NCBI RefSeq assembly: GCF_963921235.1
Contig: NC_086097.1
Span: 123,382,001-123,446,000, forward strand
Reading direction: 5' to 3'
DNA length: 64,000 nt
Origin: Mobula hypostoma
Taxonomy: Eukaryota
The translations under genes were made by a program, and so were the position numbers. This document shows, piece after piece, positions 26,010 through 40,679 of this stretch. The stretch's first letter is position 1, and every line of letters starts with the position of its first letter. Under the pieces are notes generated by a model, which saw only the letters and a list, made by a program, of their open reading frames with translations, was not told where the DNA came from and ran no database searches.

Positions 26010-26760
26010 CATAATATATATGTATAGACATCCGTCCATTTTACTTTCATCTATGTGCCTAGCTAGGAGTCTTTTAAACCTTCCTAATGTACCTGCATCT
26101 ACCACCACTCCCAGCAGTGCATTCTACACACCTACTAACTCTCTGTGGGAAAAGAAACTCAGGTTTAACATCTTCCCCTACACTTTGCTCCAATCACCTT
26201 AAAATTATGCCCTCTTGTATGAGCCATTTCCGCCTTGGGAATAAGTCTCCGGCTGTCTTTGTCTCCTATAATCTTATACAACTCTAACAAGACACCTCTC
26301 ATCCTCTTCTGATCCAAAGAAAAAAGCCCTAGTTTACTCAAACTATCCTCATAAGTCATGTTATCTTATCCAGGCAGTATGCTGAGAAATGTTCTCTGCC
26401 CCTCTCTAAAGCTTCCATATTCTTCCTATAATGGACACAGTATTCTAAGTGCGATCTAACCAGAGTCTTATAGAACTGCAACATCGCCTGTTTGCTCTTG
26501 AACTCAATTCCCTAATAATTCAGGCCAACACATCATCAACTATCTTAACCACCCTATCAACTTGTGTAGCAACCTTGGAGGGTTTGGGGACATGGACCAC
26601 AAGCTCCCTCTGTTCCTCCGTAATGCTATGAATCCTGCCATTAACCCTACACTCTGCTTTAAAGTCTGATTTTCTAAAGTGATCATTTCACACTTCTTCA
26701 GATTTACTGCACCTGCCACAATTCAGCTCAGCTCTGCACCCTATCAGTATCCCATTGTGA
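26010..26760 (-). mobile_element. Old CR1 LINE fragment
   Basis: YED.L.KLGLFSL..KRMRG...YKI...TRGH motifs. Confidence 0.8.
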
Positions 26761-26769
26761 TAGTAATAC

Positions 26770-27662
26770 TGTGACGAAAGTACACATAGACTAAGATGTT
26801 GACTGTCCTGTGCTATCACCAGTGGGATCAACAGTTGATCTGCCACCTGTCTTCAGGAGAGAGATAAGTAAGACAATGGAGCAGCATTTGGAAATGTTAA
26901 TGAAGAGACAAGAGAGATTAACGGAAGGAGACACCGGTCTGGGTATTGTCAAGACTGGTTTGCTTTGAACCTGAACTGTTTGAAGTGATGGACAGGCGCT
27001 ACCCCACCAGGGGGATAAAAAGGGACGGGTTTGCTAAGGCAACAGACACCACACGAGACACCACTCACGACACCACGAGGTATCGAGACCCTGGAAGCGG
27101 TGCGCCCCCACAAGTCGGTGGGAGTTTTGGAGGGCTGGTCACTGGACCAGCCATAGACGCACATGGTGGAAAGATTTGGTCGGCGGGAACCTGGTGTGTG
27201 TGTCCACCCTTGCCTGGGTGCCGGATTCACCGCAGAGGAACGATCGTATCTGAAAACGGAGGGGTCACAGTCGGTGACCTCAGAAGACATTACAAAGGGC
27301 TCGCCCGAAAGCTAACTGTGAGAAATATCAAAGGTCTGTTGAATCCGACTTTGAATATCAGCACTCGCTCTCTCTCTCTTCGACGGCACAACAACGATTG
27401 CTGCGAACTGAACTAAACTGAACTCTGTCACTTGTGATTGAACATTTTACCCCAGACTGCGATAGAGCTTGATTGATCCTATTATCCTAGTTCTGTGTAC
27501 ATGTGTGTTTATTCAGTGCTAACCTGTTGCATTTATATCCTTACTATTAGAGTACTGTGTTGCTTATTTCTTTAATAAAACTTTCTTAGTTCCAGTAATC
27601 CAGACTCCAACTGAGTGATCCATTTCTGCTGGTTTGGCAACCCAGTTACGGGGTACGTAACA
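26770..27662 (+). mobile_element. Solo LTR related to the 39677-44602 element
   Basis: TGTGAC...GTAACA termini, perfect 4-bp TSD ATAC, GATAAAA box near 27015, AATAAA near 27575; reverse-complement similarity to both LTRs of the provirus. Confidence 0.95.
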
Positions 27663-29607
27663 ATACAATCACTCAACTCGAGCATGATGTTCTCCCGCAC
27701 TGAGATCTAATCCAGGATGTTAGGACGGATTCCCTTAATGACGAAAGCCTGTACATGATATTGTTTAACGTGAGGAGAATGATGAGTGGGCAGCCACCAC
27801 ACAGTCCTTGGCAGATCGGGGTCAGAGTCCAGGGGCACAGAGCATAAAATGTCTGCAGACTCTTCACAGCCGCAGCCTTCCTCTGCCTTCTCTACCGTTG
27901 TGATGCGCCATCATCTTCCTCCAGCTACCCCGATGAGCTTTGGTTACAGAGCGTGATGGATGCTTCGAATGACCTGCCAGGGATGGTGGTAGAGGCAGAT
28001 ACATGAGGGGCATCTGAGAGACTCTTCGATGCTAGAAAAGTGGATCAAAGGGGCTGTACTGTGCTGTAATGTTCTATTAATACAACGTTTATCTGTATTC
28101 CAATTCCTCACTTTCACACTAGATTTCCTTGTATTCGCATTGGAAAACTTGCAGATGACCTGCTGTGTAACCTTTTAAAAGTAATGTATTCAAGCTAAAT
28201 ATAAGGAGCCTAATTTTCAGGTGACTGGAGAAAAGTACTGTATCAGGAACGTCAGAGTTAAGTTTTTTTTACAGAAAGAGCGATGGGCATGGGGAATGCA
28301 ACACCTACCCCCTTGGCAGTGGTAGAGGCAGAAACATCGGGGACATTTAAGTAACTTTTAGACAAGCGCATGACTGACAGAGAAATGGAGGGCTACATAG
28401 GAAGGAAGGGTTAGATTGATCTTAAAATAGGTTATAAGGTTGGCACAACATGGTGAGCCGAAGGGTTTGTACTGCACTGTAATGTCCTATTTAAGTTGTT
28501 TAAAGACTTAAGAAGGGAAGGAAGGAAGGAAGCACTAGGAGTACTGTGGTCAAAGGAAGTGCTGGAAATCATTCCAAATGTCAGTCTGAATGGGAAGCAG
28601 ACAACTGAAACGGGAATGGAATGGCTCTGAAGTTTTTGGGTATGACAGTAAGTGCCTTGGTCGAGGAGGCAGCAAGCAGGCTCGGTTTATCCTCATCACT
28701 TCCACAATAACCCCTGCAATTATGAATAACATCAAATATTGACATGGTCTACTGCATCATATCACGTTTGGCAGAGCAAAAGCCATCTTCAAACACAAGA
28801 AACTACCCAAGATCAAAGACATACCAGAATTTTAAGGTAAGATATTAATCCAATATTGACTGACAATAAATAATGTATAACAGAGACATACAGTATATTT
28901 TTTATGAGTCTTATCTGTTTAAGTGGTTAATCTGACTGAAATGGGAATGTTATATAAGATTATAAAACACTTAGCAGTAAATAACCAAGAAAAGCCGTAC
29001 AGCTGGCTATCATTATAGACCTGACTTTCTCAATGGGTGGTAAAGAGCTGTTACCATGAAATTTAGTTCTGCACTTCTCAGCTGCAGTCTCAAACAAGAA
29101 TCCTCAATGTCCCCACAAGAGGCTTCAAAATGCCTATATCCTCCTGACTCATTGAAAGGGCCAACATAGTATTCTGACAATGAAATGACTAGATACAGTG
29201 CCTACTGTACAGTGTAACAGACAGCTTCAGGGATACCCAATAACAAAAGCTCTTTTTCAGGGATTTAGATAATGCAATAGACCTTCAGAATTGAGCCTTA
29301 GCGGTTTATAAATCATTTTCAAACACTCAAACAGTTTTAGTTCATTCCCTTATATCCTTATTTTCAAATTCAAGTCCTATTTCATTAAGCTCTTAGAAAT
29401 ATTATTCTATGTACGACAGATATCAATAACATCCTTGATCTGACCCTTCTCAGGGCAGTGTCTATGGCTTTATACTCATAACAGGACATGGTAACAGCTG
29501 ATTTAATCGCACAGAATTGACGGTATGCAGCTCATAACTTTCTACTCGTTATCTGGTCGAGGGAGCACTCCTTTTACAAATTTCTTCTCATGAGAAAATA
29601 GAGTGAG

Positions 29608-29855
29608 TGGCAGCACAATAGCATAGAGTTAGCATAACAGTGCCAGCGACTCAGGTTCAATTTCCATCGTTGTCTATAAGGAGTTTGTGCCATGCTTGTC
29701 TCCCCATGACCACGTGGGTTTCTTCCAGGTGCTCCGGTTTCCTCCCACATTGCAAAGGCGTAGGGGTTAGTGGATCAATTGGTCACATTGGCCAATTTGG
29801 ACGCGCAGGCTCATTGGGCCAGAAGAGCCTGGTATCGCGCTGTATCTTTAAAAAA
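29608..29855 (+). mobile_element. HE1-type V-SINE (further copies at about 18222-18492, 33990-34245, 34660-34830)
   Basis: tRNA head plus V domain. Confidence 0.8.
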
Positions 29856-30160
29856 AATTAAAATAAGAATTCAGAAAAGGATGCTGATATCTTGTGATCT
29901 AGAAATAAAAACACTGATGCCATTTCATTTGACTATTTCCTGTCCGATATTTCACTCCTTCGAATTAGTTAGTGACATGGGCTATAACATTAGTATACAC
30001 ACATGCTTCTGTGATATGCATTTGTGAATGTGCAGCGTAGGCGACAGAACAGAAGTTAATGGGGAATCAGAATCAGGTTTACTATGACTGACATATGTTG
30101 TGAAATCTGTTTTGTGGCAGCAGTACAGTGCAATACATAAAATATACAGACACATACACA

Positions 30161-30430
30161 CACTCAATGGTCACTTTATTAGGTATATCTGCTTGTTAAT
30201 GCAAATATCTAATCAGTCAATCATGTGTAGCAACTCAATTCATAATAGCATGCAAACATAGTCGGTTGTTGTTCAGACCAAACATCAGAATGGGAAAGAA
30301 ATGTGATCTAAGTGACTTTAACCATGGAATCAATCTTAGTGTCGGACAGGGTGGTTCCAGTATCTCAGAAACTGCTGATCTGCAATTTTCATGCACGACA
30401 GTCTCTAGAGTTTACAGAGAATGGTGCAAC
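30161..30430 (+). mobile_element. Truncated Tc1 MITE
   Basis: Left TIR plus MGKKCDLSDF...SISETADL..FS.TTVSRVYREW. Confidence 0.8.
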
Positions 30431-32210
30431 AAAATGGGCTGTTCAGAAATTTCATGGCAAAGGGGTAAAACCTGTTTTTAAAATGTTGAGTATATGTCAT
30501 CAGACTTCTGTACCTCCTCCCTGATGGTCATGAGAAGAGGGCATGGCCCGGTTCTTAATGATGGATGCTGCCTTTTTGAGGCATTACCTTTTGGAGATTT
30601 CCTCGATGGTGGAGAGGCTGGGGTGGGAATCGTGTCCCATTTTACCCTTTCCATGGCTCAGAGATGCTGATGCTAACGTTATCTTCCCTTGTCCACTCCT
30701 GACTGAAATGAGCAAAATTCAATGCATTGTAATGCCAAGTGAAAATGGCAGCCTTTCTGATCAATGTTTTGTTACTCAACCATTCAAAAAACACTTTGGT
30801 CCTTTTTTTATTTTCATCTCTCTTTTCCCCTTAAAGTTCAAAGTAAATTTATTATCAAAGTTCATATATGTCACCATATACTACTGAGATTCATTTTCCT
30901 GCAGACATTCAGAGTAGAACAAAGAAATACAAGAGAACTACACACAAAGACTTGACAAGCAACCAATGTGCAAAAGAGAAAAAACTATACAAATATGAAA
31001 CAAAAATAGATAATTAGTTAATTAATATTATTGATAAAATGGTTTGTATATTCCTTGAAAGCGAGTCCATTGGTTGTGGAATCGGTTCAGTGTTGAGGTG
31101 AGTGAAGTTATCCAATCTGGTTCAGGAGCCTGATGATTGAAGGGTAATAACTGTTCCTGCACCTGTTGGTGTGGGACCCAAGGCCCCTGTATCTCCTTCG
31201 TGATGGCATCAGTGAGAAGAGATGGCCTGGATGGTGGGGGTCTTTGATAACAGATGCTGCTTTCTTGTGGCAGTGCTCTCTGTAGATGTGCTCAACGCTG
31301 GAGATGGCTTTTCCTGTGATGGACTGGGCTATATCCACTACTTAAAGCTGTTCTACTGAACATCCCCTGACATCATGAACAATTCGGTACACACTTCCAG
31401 TGCACTAATCAACCAAGCGATGTACCTGCTCAATTCCAGGTGATTCCACATAGTGATTCACCCTGTGGTAAACGGCTTGATTTATAACTTGGCACCACCT
31501 CTAAAGAAACAGCAAAACGCAAGATATTGCTTTGTGTGATATGACTGGGGTGAAGCTTCACGCTGATTTATTGGAAGCAGCACAGTATTTTGAAATCCAC
31601 AATCTGTCATTGTCAATGTTCATTCTAAAGTGTTAATCCAACGCAGTGTAAATCTGGCAAAAAAAACCTTTGAAAGAAATGTAGTAAAGATACATCATTC
31701 ACTATAGAAGCCACTCAAAATAATTGTTTTTATTTTGAAGAAAACGTGATCCAATTGATGGATGCTGAAGGCTCAACTTTATGAACTTTGATCTTGGCAG
31801 GAAATGTCTCGATCATTAGGCTTTTCTGACTCTCGGTAGCCCAATTATACAAAAATTAAACAAAATGTTATTAGCAGGCTGAAAGCTGCTTCTTTCAAGT
31901 GACGAGATATTCAGGAAGTCATCAGTATCTTTTACTGAAATGAATTCCTATTAAAATTTTGGAACCATGCCATTGTTGGCAACTCCTTAGCATTCCATGT
32001 CCTGAATAATAGTCCATTGATTTCCAATGTACCGTACATTCAGTATTGCCAATGGTAACAATACCAGAATCTCAAATAAATACAGTTAAAGAAAAAAATA
32101 CATTATCCTCAATTCTAGCCTACAACAATGGATAGTTCAAGAAGTCGTCTGATTTCCTGGTAGTTTTGCCCAAACAGGACAGAATCTATCGTCTTGAATT
32201 ATTTCACCTA

Positions 32211-33283
32211 CACTCAGTAACCACTTTACTAGGTACACCTGTACACCTGCTCGTTAATGCAAGTATCTAATCAGCCAATCGTGTGGCAGCAACTCAATGC
32301 ATAAAAGCATGCAGACATGGTCAAGAGGTTCCATTATTGTTCAGACCAGACATCAGAATAGGGAAGAAATGTAATCAAAGTGAATTTGATGGTGGAATGA
32401 TTGTTGGTGTCAGACAGAGTGATTTTTCGTCTTTTCACAAACAACAGTCTCTCAAGTTTACAGAGAATGGTGCGAAAAATTAAAAACATCTGGTGAGCGG
32501 CAGTTCTGTGGACAAAAATGCCTTGATAACGAGAGAGGTCAAATGAGAAAAGCCAGACTGATTCAAGCTGACAGGAAGGAGACAGTAACTCAAATAACTA
32601 CACGCTACAACAGTGGTGTGCAGAAGAGCAACTCCCAATGTACAACCAGTTGATCCTTAACATCTGCCAGATGATGCTGAGGATGTTCTACAAGTCTGTG
32701 GTGGCCAGTGCTATCATGTTTGCTGTTGTGTGCTGGGGCAGCAGGCTGAGAGTAGCAGACACCAACGGAATCAACAAACTCATTCGTAAGGCCAGTGATG
32801 TTGTGGGGATGGAACTGGACTCTCTGACGGTGGTGTCTGAAAAGCGGATGCTGTCCAAGTTGCATGCCATCTTGGACAATGTCTCCTATCCACTACATAA
32901 TGTACTGGTTGGGCACAGGAGTACATTCAGCGAGAGACTCATTCCACCGAGATGCAACACAGAGCGTCATAGGAAGTCATTCCTGCCTGCGGCCATCAAA
33001 CTTTACAACTCCTCCCTTGGAGGGTCAGACACCCTGAGCCAATAGACTGGTCCTGGACTTATTTCCTGGCATACTTTACATATTACTATTTAACTATTTA
33101 TCGTTTTATTACTATTTATTATTTATGGTGCAACTGTAATGAAAACCAATTTCCCCCAGGATCAATAAACAAAGTATCACTATGACTATGACTATGACTA
33201 TGACCTTGAAATGGTTGGGCTACAGCAACAGCATACACTCAGTGTCCGCTTCATTATATACCTAATAAAGTAGCCACTGAGTG
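32211..33283 (+). mobile_element. Tc1 MITE with nested Rex1/Babar-like LINE
   Basis: TIRs at both ends and a degenerate internal TIR at 33236; transposase N-terminal remnant. Confidence 0.85.
32653..33203 (+). mobile_element. Young 5'-truncated Rex1/Babar-like LINE
   Basis: Open ORF MLRMFYKSVVASAIMFAVVCWG...KSFLPAAIKLYNS; AATAAA and (CTATGA)n tail. Confidence 0.85.
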
Positions 33284-34944
33284 AATTAATAAGTTATTAC
33301 AGTCCTGTCCTTTAGTAAAGTGTTTCAAAACAAAAGCATTCTGGGGGCTTCACATACTGCTCATCAAACACTTCAGAAAGAGCAAGGAACTTTGAATGAT
33401 TTTTCAGAACAAACACTGAGATAACCTTTCCACATCTCCCTGATCCCGACACAAAAGGGACACAAAGAGGCAGATTTTCTGGGCAGCCATCTGGAATAGT
33501 TATGCGATTAAGGTTCACATCAGTCACGACCTAATCAAATGGTAGAACAGGCCAGAGCAGTGAAATAGTTTATTCCTGTACCTATGCACGAATAGTAAAT
33601 CTGGATATCTTTGTCACAGACAAAGACATTGTCCAGATAATGGAATCATACCCACTGATGAACGATAGCTCGATCCATTCCTCAGCCACAGTACTTTGAG
33701 GCAGCCGCAGTAACATAGCAGTTAGCTCAGCGCTCAATGGGTGTTTGACCTGAAACATTGTCTCTGTTTCTCTTCCCACAGATGCAGGCCGACCTGCTGA
33801 ATATTTCCAGCTTAATCTGGTCCAATTAAGTTCCTGGTCAGTGGCAATATCCAGGTGGTTGATGGTGGGATCTCGATAATGGTGACACCAATGAATGCCA
33901 AACTCTCCCTAGATGGAGAAGATTAGTGTGTGACATTCCAGTGACATGAATGTTATTTGCCAACTATCAGCGCATGCATGAATACTGTCAGGTAGCATAG
34001 TAGTTCGCGCAATCGCTTTACAGCACCGCCGATCACTCAATTCCCGCCACTGCCCGTACGTCCTCTCTGTGATCGCGTGGGTTCCTCCCACACTCCAAAG
34101 ATGGACAGGTTACCGTTAGTAATGTTACGTAGGCGCTGGAGGTGTGCCATCTCTTGCGGGCTGCCTCCAGCACATCCTCAGACCGTGTTGCTTGTTGATG
34201 CACAATGGCGCATTTCACTGCATGACCAATAAAGCCGATCTTTAAACCTCTTATTCATCCTGGTCTTCTGCGTTGCCAATCTGAATACTGGGGTCTGGAA
34301 GCCTGACTATAACCCTGGCCACTGAGCACACTTAGAACAGACACGTTGTTGAAGACAAAACCATTTTATTTTCTGTTGTCATTCAACCTCTGGAGAGAGT
34401 TGATAATAACAGATTTTCAGCATCTTTTAAAAAAAACCCTCTCCCAATTAGGATTACAAGTGCTAACAAAATAAATACAGTTTTTACGCTAAATAACTGC
34501 TCACCACAACCGAGCAATCAGTGTAAATGTATAATGAGATGTCCGTTGTCAGAATTGTTGGACCAGTCATGTGTGAATGTGCTGTACGCATAATGTAAGC
34601 AGGTGAAAAGAAAGTCGAGGAGCACAATAGATATGAAACCCGTAAAGAATCAGAGTGACTCGCGCTCTCCCCTTGACCGCATGGGTTTCATCCGGGTGCT
34701 TTGGTTTCCTCCCACAATCCAAAGACGTATCAGTTAATAGGCTGATTGGTCACTGTAAGTTGTTCTGTGATTAAGTTAGCATTAAATAGGTGGGTCGCTG
34801 GGCAGCATAGCACGTTGGGCCAGAAGGGCCTGTAGGTTGTTGGGTGGATGGATAGATGGATAGATAGATAGATAGATAGGTGAATAAGGCCCCTCAAGAT
34901 TAGCCTGCTGTTAAAAAGAGACTATGGCTAATAAACAACATTCA

Positions 34945-36280
34945 AGATTGTCTAATGTCATTTCCAGTACACAAGTGTAAAGGAGAATGAAATAATTGTT
35001 AGTCTGGATCAGATGCAGGACAAAAAAATAAACCCACTAAGATAAAGAATGCAGTATTAATAAAAACACAATAAATGTAAATACTAAATCTAGCTCAAAT
35101 ACATAGGTTGACTGCATGTCCATTAAGGGATGCTAGGTACGGGAGTGTCCGTATAGAAGGTGACTCTGACAGGAAATGATAAAGTAGTGTTGATAGGACT
35201 GTGGGTCAGTGGGGAAGGTGTTGATCAGCCCTACTGCCTCAGGGAAATAACTGTTTTTGAGTCTGGTGGTCCAAGCATGGATGCAGCACAGCCTCCTCCC
35301 TGCTAAGAGTGGGACAAACAGTCCATAAGCAGGGTGAGTGGGATCTTTCATGATGTTCCTGGCCCTTTCTCGGCACCCTTCTGTATACATGCCCTTGTAA
35401 GCTGGTGCCGGTGATGCTTTGGGCAGTTTTCACTACTCATTGTACAGCCTTCCTGTCTGCCATTTTCCATTTTCCCAACCATTCTGAAATTTCTTGAAGC
35501 AATTACTGGACAAGAACATAGAACAGTACAGCACAGTACAGGCCCCTCGGTCCATGATGTTCTGCCGACAGTTGAAGATCATCCTAATTCTTCCCTCCCA
35601 CGTAGTCCTTCATTTTTCATTCATTCATCCCTGTAGCAAGTCTCCTCAGCACCTTTCTGTGTAAAAAAAATCCTACCTCTGACATCCCCCCTATACATTT
35701 TTCCAATCACTTTAAAATTATACCCTCATGTATTAGTCATATCTACCCTGGGAGAAAATCACTGACTGCTCCATCTAACTATTCCACTTAGCATTATACA
35801 CACCTCATCAAGTCACCTCATCCTCTTTCGCTCCAAAGAGGGAAGTCCTACCGTGCTCAACCTGTCCTCATAAAACATGATTTTGATTCCAGGCAGTAAC
35901 ATAGTAAATTTCCTCTGCATCCTCTCTAAAGCTTTCACATCCCTTCACAGACAACCATAACTGAAAAGAATACTCCAAGTGTGGTCTAACCAGCGTTTCA
36001 TAGAATTGCAGCATTAACTCTTTGCTCTTGATCTCAATCTCCTGACTGATGAAGGCCAACACACCATACACCTCCTTAACAACTCTATCAACTTGGGCTA
36101 CAACTTCAAAGGATACGGATCCCAGGATCGCTCTGTTCCTTCATATTGTTAAGAATCCTGCCATTAACCCTGTTCAAGTTCGACCTTCCAGAGTGAATCA
36201 CTTCACACTTGTCGAAATTAAACTCCATCTGCTGCTTCTCAGCCCAGCTCTGCATCCTGTCAGTGTCCAGTTGCAATGCA
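34945..36280 (-). mobile_element. Adjacent Rex1-like (about 34945-35460) and CR1 (about 35515-36280) fragments
   Basis: IMKDPTHPAYGLF...TTRLKNSYFP; YETLVRPHLEY and FNFDKCEVIH. Confidence 0.8.
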
Positions 36281-37545
36281 CGGCAACGCCTCCCAAAGTC
36301 CAACCCATCATCCCCATCATGTGAGGTGGAAAGCAGCAACCAAACTTCAGATTTGAGCCGTACATAAACTCAATGATTCTTCTTCTAGGCGAAGTGAGAA
36401 TTAAGTATCTGCAACATCTGATGTACAAAATTCACTATAACTGATGACAAAGAAGCTTTTCGACATTCCATGATCTGAAAGTACCTTTAAAATCAACAAT
36501 CTGTGATCATATAGAACAAAATCAAAGAGAGATAAATATCAAAAACACTTGTATCCTCCAGTCACGTCTTTGAAATCCTACCCCAAGAATAACAAAATAA
36601 ATTTGCTTGGAGACACAAACGGAAACTACTACTAGCTTATCTACTCCTCAAATTGGAGAGCAGAAAGCATGATGCAACACAAGCTACCTTTGAAAAGCAG
36701 TGGTGCAGTTCTTACAGAAAAGGACAAAAGAGACTGACACACACACACACACACAAAATGCTGGAGGAACTCAGTTGGTCAGGCAACATCACCGATGGGA
36801 ATCAGCAGTCGATGTTTCAGATCAGGCTGAGATTCTTCATCAGTACCGGAAAGGAAGGGGGAAGAAACCAGAATAAGAAGGTGAGGGGAGGGGAAGGAGG
36901 ACAAGCTGGCAGGTGACTGGTGAAGCCCGGGGAGGGGTGGATGAAGTGAAAAACTGGGGTGATGGGTAGTCTAGTCATGTCTCATGGCAATATTCAGAAT
37001 CAGAATCAGATTTAATATCACCGACATACATCATGAAATTTGTTACCTTAGTGGCGGCAGTACAATGCAATTAAATAGTTAAATTAAAAATAGTAGTCCA
37101 AAAACAAAAATGATTTTGTAAAGAGTGAGGTAGTTCAATGTCCATTTAGAAATCGGATGGCAGAGGGGAAGAAGTTGTTTCTGAATCACTGAGTGTGTGC
37201 CTTCAGGCTTCCGTACCTCTGTCCCGGTGGTAATCCTGGGTGATGAGACATAATAAGCTACAAGTACGAGTGAATAATCCTGTGTCACAGGTACAGAGAT
37301 TCTCTGAAATGCCCTCAAACTGCCAGTTATTTGGTATCTTTAACCGCCAGTTATTTAGTATCAATGTCACCTTATGAAATCGAAAATGAGATAAAGACTC
37401 CTGATCTGGAAGTAAGATAATATGAGCAAAAACCAAAAGCAAAGAATTTTAAAGAGGTTGTGTATGGTCTAGGCAATTGAAGTCTCTGACACCAGGAGCA
37501 GGAAGCAAGGAACTGAATGTACAAATGTCCCAAGATAATGAAATA

Positions 37546-38107
37546 CACTCAATTTATTAGGTACACCTGTACACCTGCTCGTTAATGCAAATACCTAATC
37601 AGCTAATCATGTGGCAGCGACTCAATAGATAAAAGCATGTAGACATGGTCAAGAGGTTCAGTTGTTGTTCAGACCAAACATCAGAATGGGGAAGAAATGT
37701 GATCAGAATGCTTTAGCTGCAGTATGTTCTTTTTTGTGCCTAACAGGGTGGTTTGGGCATCTCAGAAACTGCTGATCTCCAGTGGTTTTCACACACAAGT
37801 CTCTAGATTTAACAGAGAATGGTGCAAGAAACAAAAAAAAAATCCAGTAAGCAGCAGTTCTGAGAGCAAAAACATCTTGTTAATGAGAGAGGTAAGTGGA
37901 GAATGGACAGACTGGTTCAAGCTGACAGGAAGGAGACAGTAACTCAAATAACCATGTATTACAACAGTGATGTGCAGAAGAGCATCTCTGAACACACACC
38001 ACATCAAGACTTGAAGCATATGGGCCGCAACAGCAGAAGGCCGTGAATGTCCACTCAGTAGCCACTTTATTAAGTATAGGAGGTACCTAACAAAGTAGCC
38101 TCAGACT
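37546..38107 (+). mobile_element. Tc1 MITE
   Basis: TIRs, transposase N-terminal remnant, internal TIR at 38052. Confidence 0.85.
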
Positions 38108-39676
38108 ATAGTGTACATAGTACTGTAGGAGATAGCTAATTCACCAGTGTAATATTACCCCTCTTTCAGCTTTCTAATCCTTCAAGTTTCCCATGATGCT
38201 CACGACTATTATTCTAATAAAATTGATGAGAATAATTTAAACAGAATTGCCCTGAGGTCTAGAGTCTTCATGAAAGCAGAATGTTGTATGGTCCTTTCTG
38301 AGGGCTGCTAAGCATTCCACATATGAGTTACAGACACTGGTTATCAGATACATTTGTTGCTTTAGGCATTATGAAAGTTTAATACCTGCTAATTGAAAAC
38401 ACAGCTGCATTCCCAACACTGACGCTCTGCGTATCTAAAACAAATAACATCAACTCTTATTAATCACTTGTCTTCTGATCGCATCACTTTATAACACTTC
38501 ATCTTCTCCGAGGATGTTCGCCTTGATGTGGTGGAGAGGCACGTGAGATCCTGAGATCCCGAGAGTGATGCCGTCTGGAATTTAGCTATCTAGTGCTTAA
38601 TTCCTAGTGAGGTCACCCATGGTGTTAAAGTCAAGGAGAAGGTTCCAAATAAAACCTCAGTGATGGAACGGGAGGAAGATGATGACACATCAGAACGGCA
38701 GTGAAAGCGGAGGAAGGGTCTACAGTGGTCTTGCACTCCATGACACAAGACCCTGACTCCGCTCTGTCAAGGACAATGTGTTGGCTGCCCGTGCATCAGT
38801 CTCCACACGTTAAACAAAGTCACACGCAGGCGTTCTGCACTAAGGGAATCCACCCCCAGACTAAGTCCTGCGGAGACCAACACATGTCAAAGGGGGCGGA
38901 TCGGCACCTACAGTCACCTGAAGACCCACCAATAAACAACTCCTCAGGAAAACATCAGACTCAACTCCAGTGATCCAACTACGACTACAATACTTTTAAT
39001 TAATCACTTATAGTCTGTCTGATTGAGTAATTTTACATTGCTCTGTGGTGTGTGTTTTACATAGCTCTGGAGGGCACACAACGCTTCAATACAATTCATA
39101 TTACTAAGCACAATGTTCATGTATAAATCTGAAGTGAGTCTCAATTTGAGGTACATACTGGTCACCATTCCCACAATCCAAAAGAGTATGTAACTGAACC
39201 AATGACTGAAAAAATTCCAGTGCATCGAAGACCGCAGGTGGAACTAAACAGGGAAAGTTGCACGCTACTCAGGAACAAGGTGGGAGACATGGCTGGGAAC
39301 TCTAGACCTGATTATATCCATGGCTTTGTTCAGATATGGGTCAGTGCAAGAGGGAGTGAAGTTTATGCTGTGGATCACTCAGGACGGTGGGGGTGAACTG
39401 CAGTTGGAGCTTCTACCAGAGATCGACATGGGGAGAGCTGGGATATGGTCCTTTCCAGTGGTCAGTGACCCTAATCATTCCCTATAATAACAACTTCTCA
39501 TCTGCCGAAGTTTTGACCATTTACAAAGTGTATATATACATTTTGGTTACCATCAACTATGCATCTTTCATGATGAATACCTAAACTTGCATTTTTCTGC
39601 TTTGGATATTTGACCCAGCACACCTTGGACATCTGCTGAATTGTTAATGTGGTCCGTTTGCAAGCTTGGAACCAAA

Positions 39677-40509
39677 TGTTACGTACCCCATAACTGGGTT
39701 GCCAAACCAGCAGAAATGGACCACTTAGTTGGAGTCTGAATTACTGGAACTAAGAAAGTTTTATTAAAGAAATAAGTAACACAGTACTCCAATAGTAAGG
39801 ATATAAATGCAACAGGTTAGCAATGATAAAACACACATGTACACAGAACTAGGATAATAGGATCAATCAAGCTCTATCGCAGTCTAGGGGTAAAATGATC
39901 AGTCTCAAGTGACACAGAGTTCAGTTCAGTTTAGTTCAGTTCGCAGTAATCGCTGTCGTGCCGTTGGGGAGAGAGAGAGAATGAATATGCAAATTCTCGA
40001 TTCAAACAGACCTTGATGTTCCTCGCAGTTAGCTTTCGGGCGAGCCCTTTGTAATGTCTTCTGAGGTCACCGACTGTGACCCCTCTGTTCCAGATACGAT
40101 CGTTTTTCTGCGGTGAACTCGGCACCCAGGCAAAGGCGGACACACACACCAGGTTCCCGCCGACCCATACCTTTCTACCCTGTGCATCTATGGCTGGTCC
40201 CGCAACCAGACCTCAAAACTCCCACCAACTTGTGGGGGGGGGGGCACACCGCTTTCAGGGTCTCGTTACCTCGTGGAGTCGTGTGTCTGTTGCCTTAGCG
40301 AACCTGTCCCTTTTTATCCCCCTGCTGGGGTATCGCCTGTCCATCAAACTTCAAACAGTTCAGGGTTCAAAGTCACCGGTCTCTGACAATACTCAGAACC
40401 GTGTCTCCTTTCGGTAATCTCCCTTGTCTCTCTCTTATTAGCACCTTGCATGTACCCCCATTGTCCTCTTATCAGCATCAATCTTCTGATAACTGGTTCT
40501 TTTGTCACA
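39677..40509 (-). repeat. 3' LTR
   Basis: TGTGACA...GTAACA on the minus strand, immediately preceded by the polypurine tract (40510-40521). Confidence 0.93.
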
Positions 40510-40679
40510 TCCCTACCCTTCAAAGGATTTTTACCGGGGTAAAAATAATAGGCTGGAATACATTCTTAGATACACACAAGTATACATGTTCATCAGCTAT
40601 TTGGCTAATACAGAGAATTTTAAGTTGTCAACACCTGACAGACAGTCAGCAATCACATTTTCCGTTCCTTTTATATGTG

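Noticed and set aside
26946..27416. 156-aa ORF and similar ORFs at 39931-40417 and 44009-44510
   Set aside because: They lie inside LTRs, frames are not preserved between copies, and no domain is recognisable.
34845..34880. (GGAT)/(AGAT)n and other microsatellites such as (CA)n at 36737-36755
   Set aside because: Ordinary simple repeats or retroelement tails.
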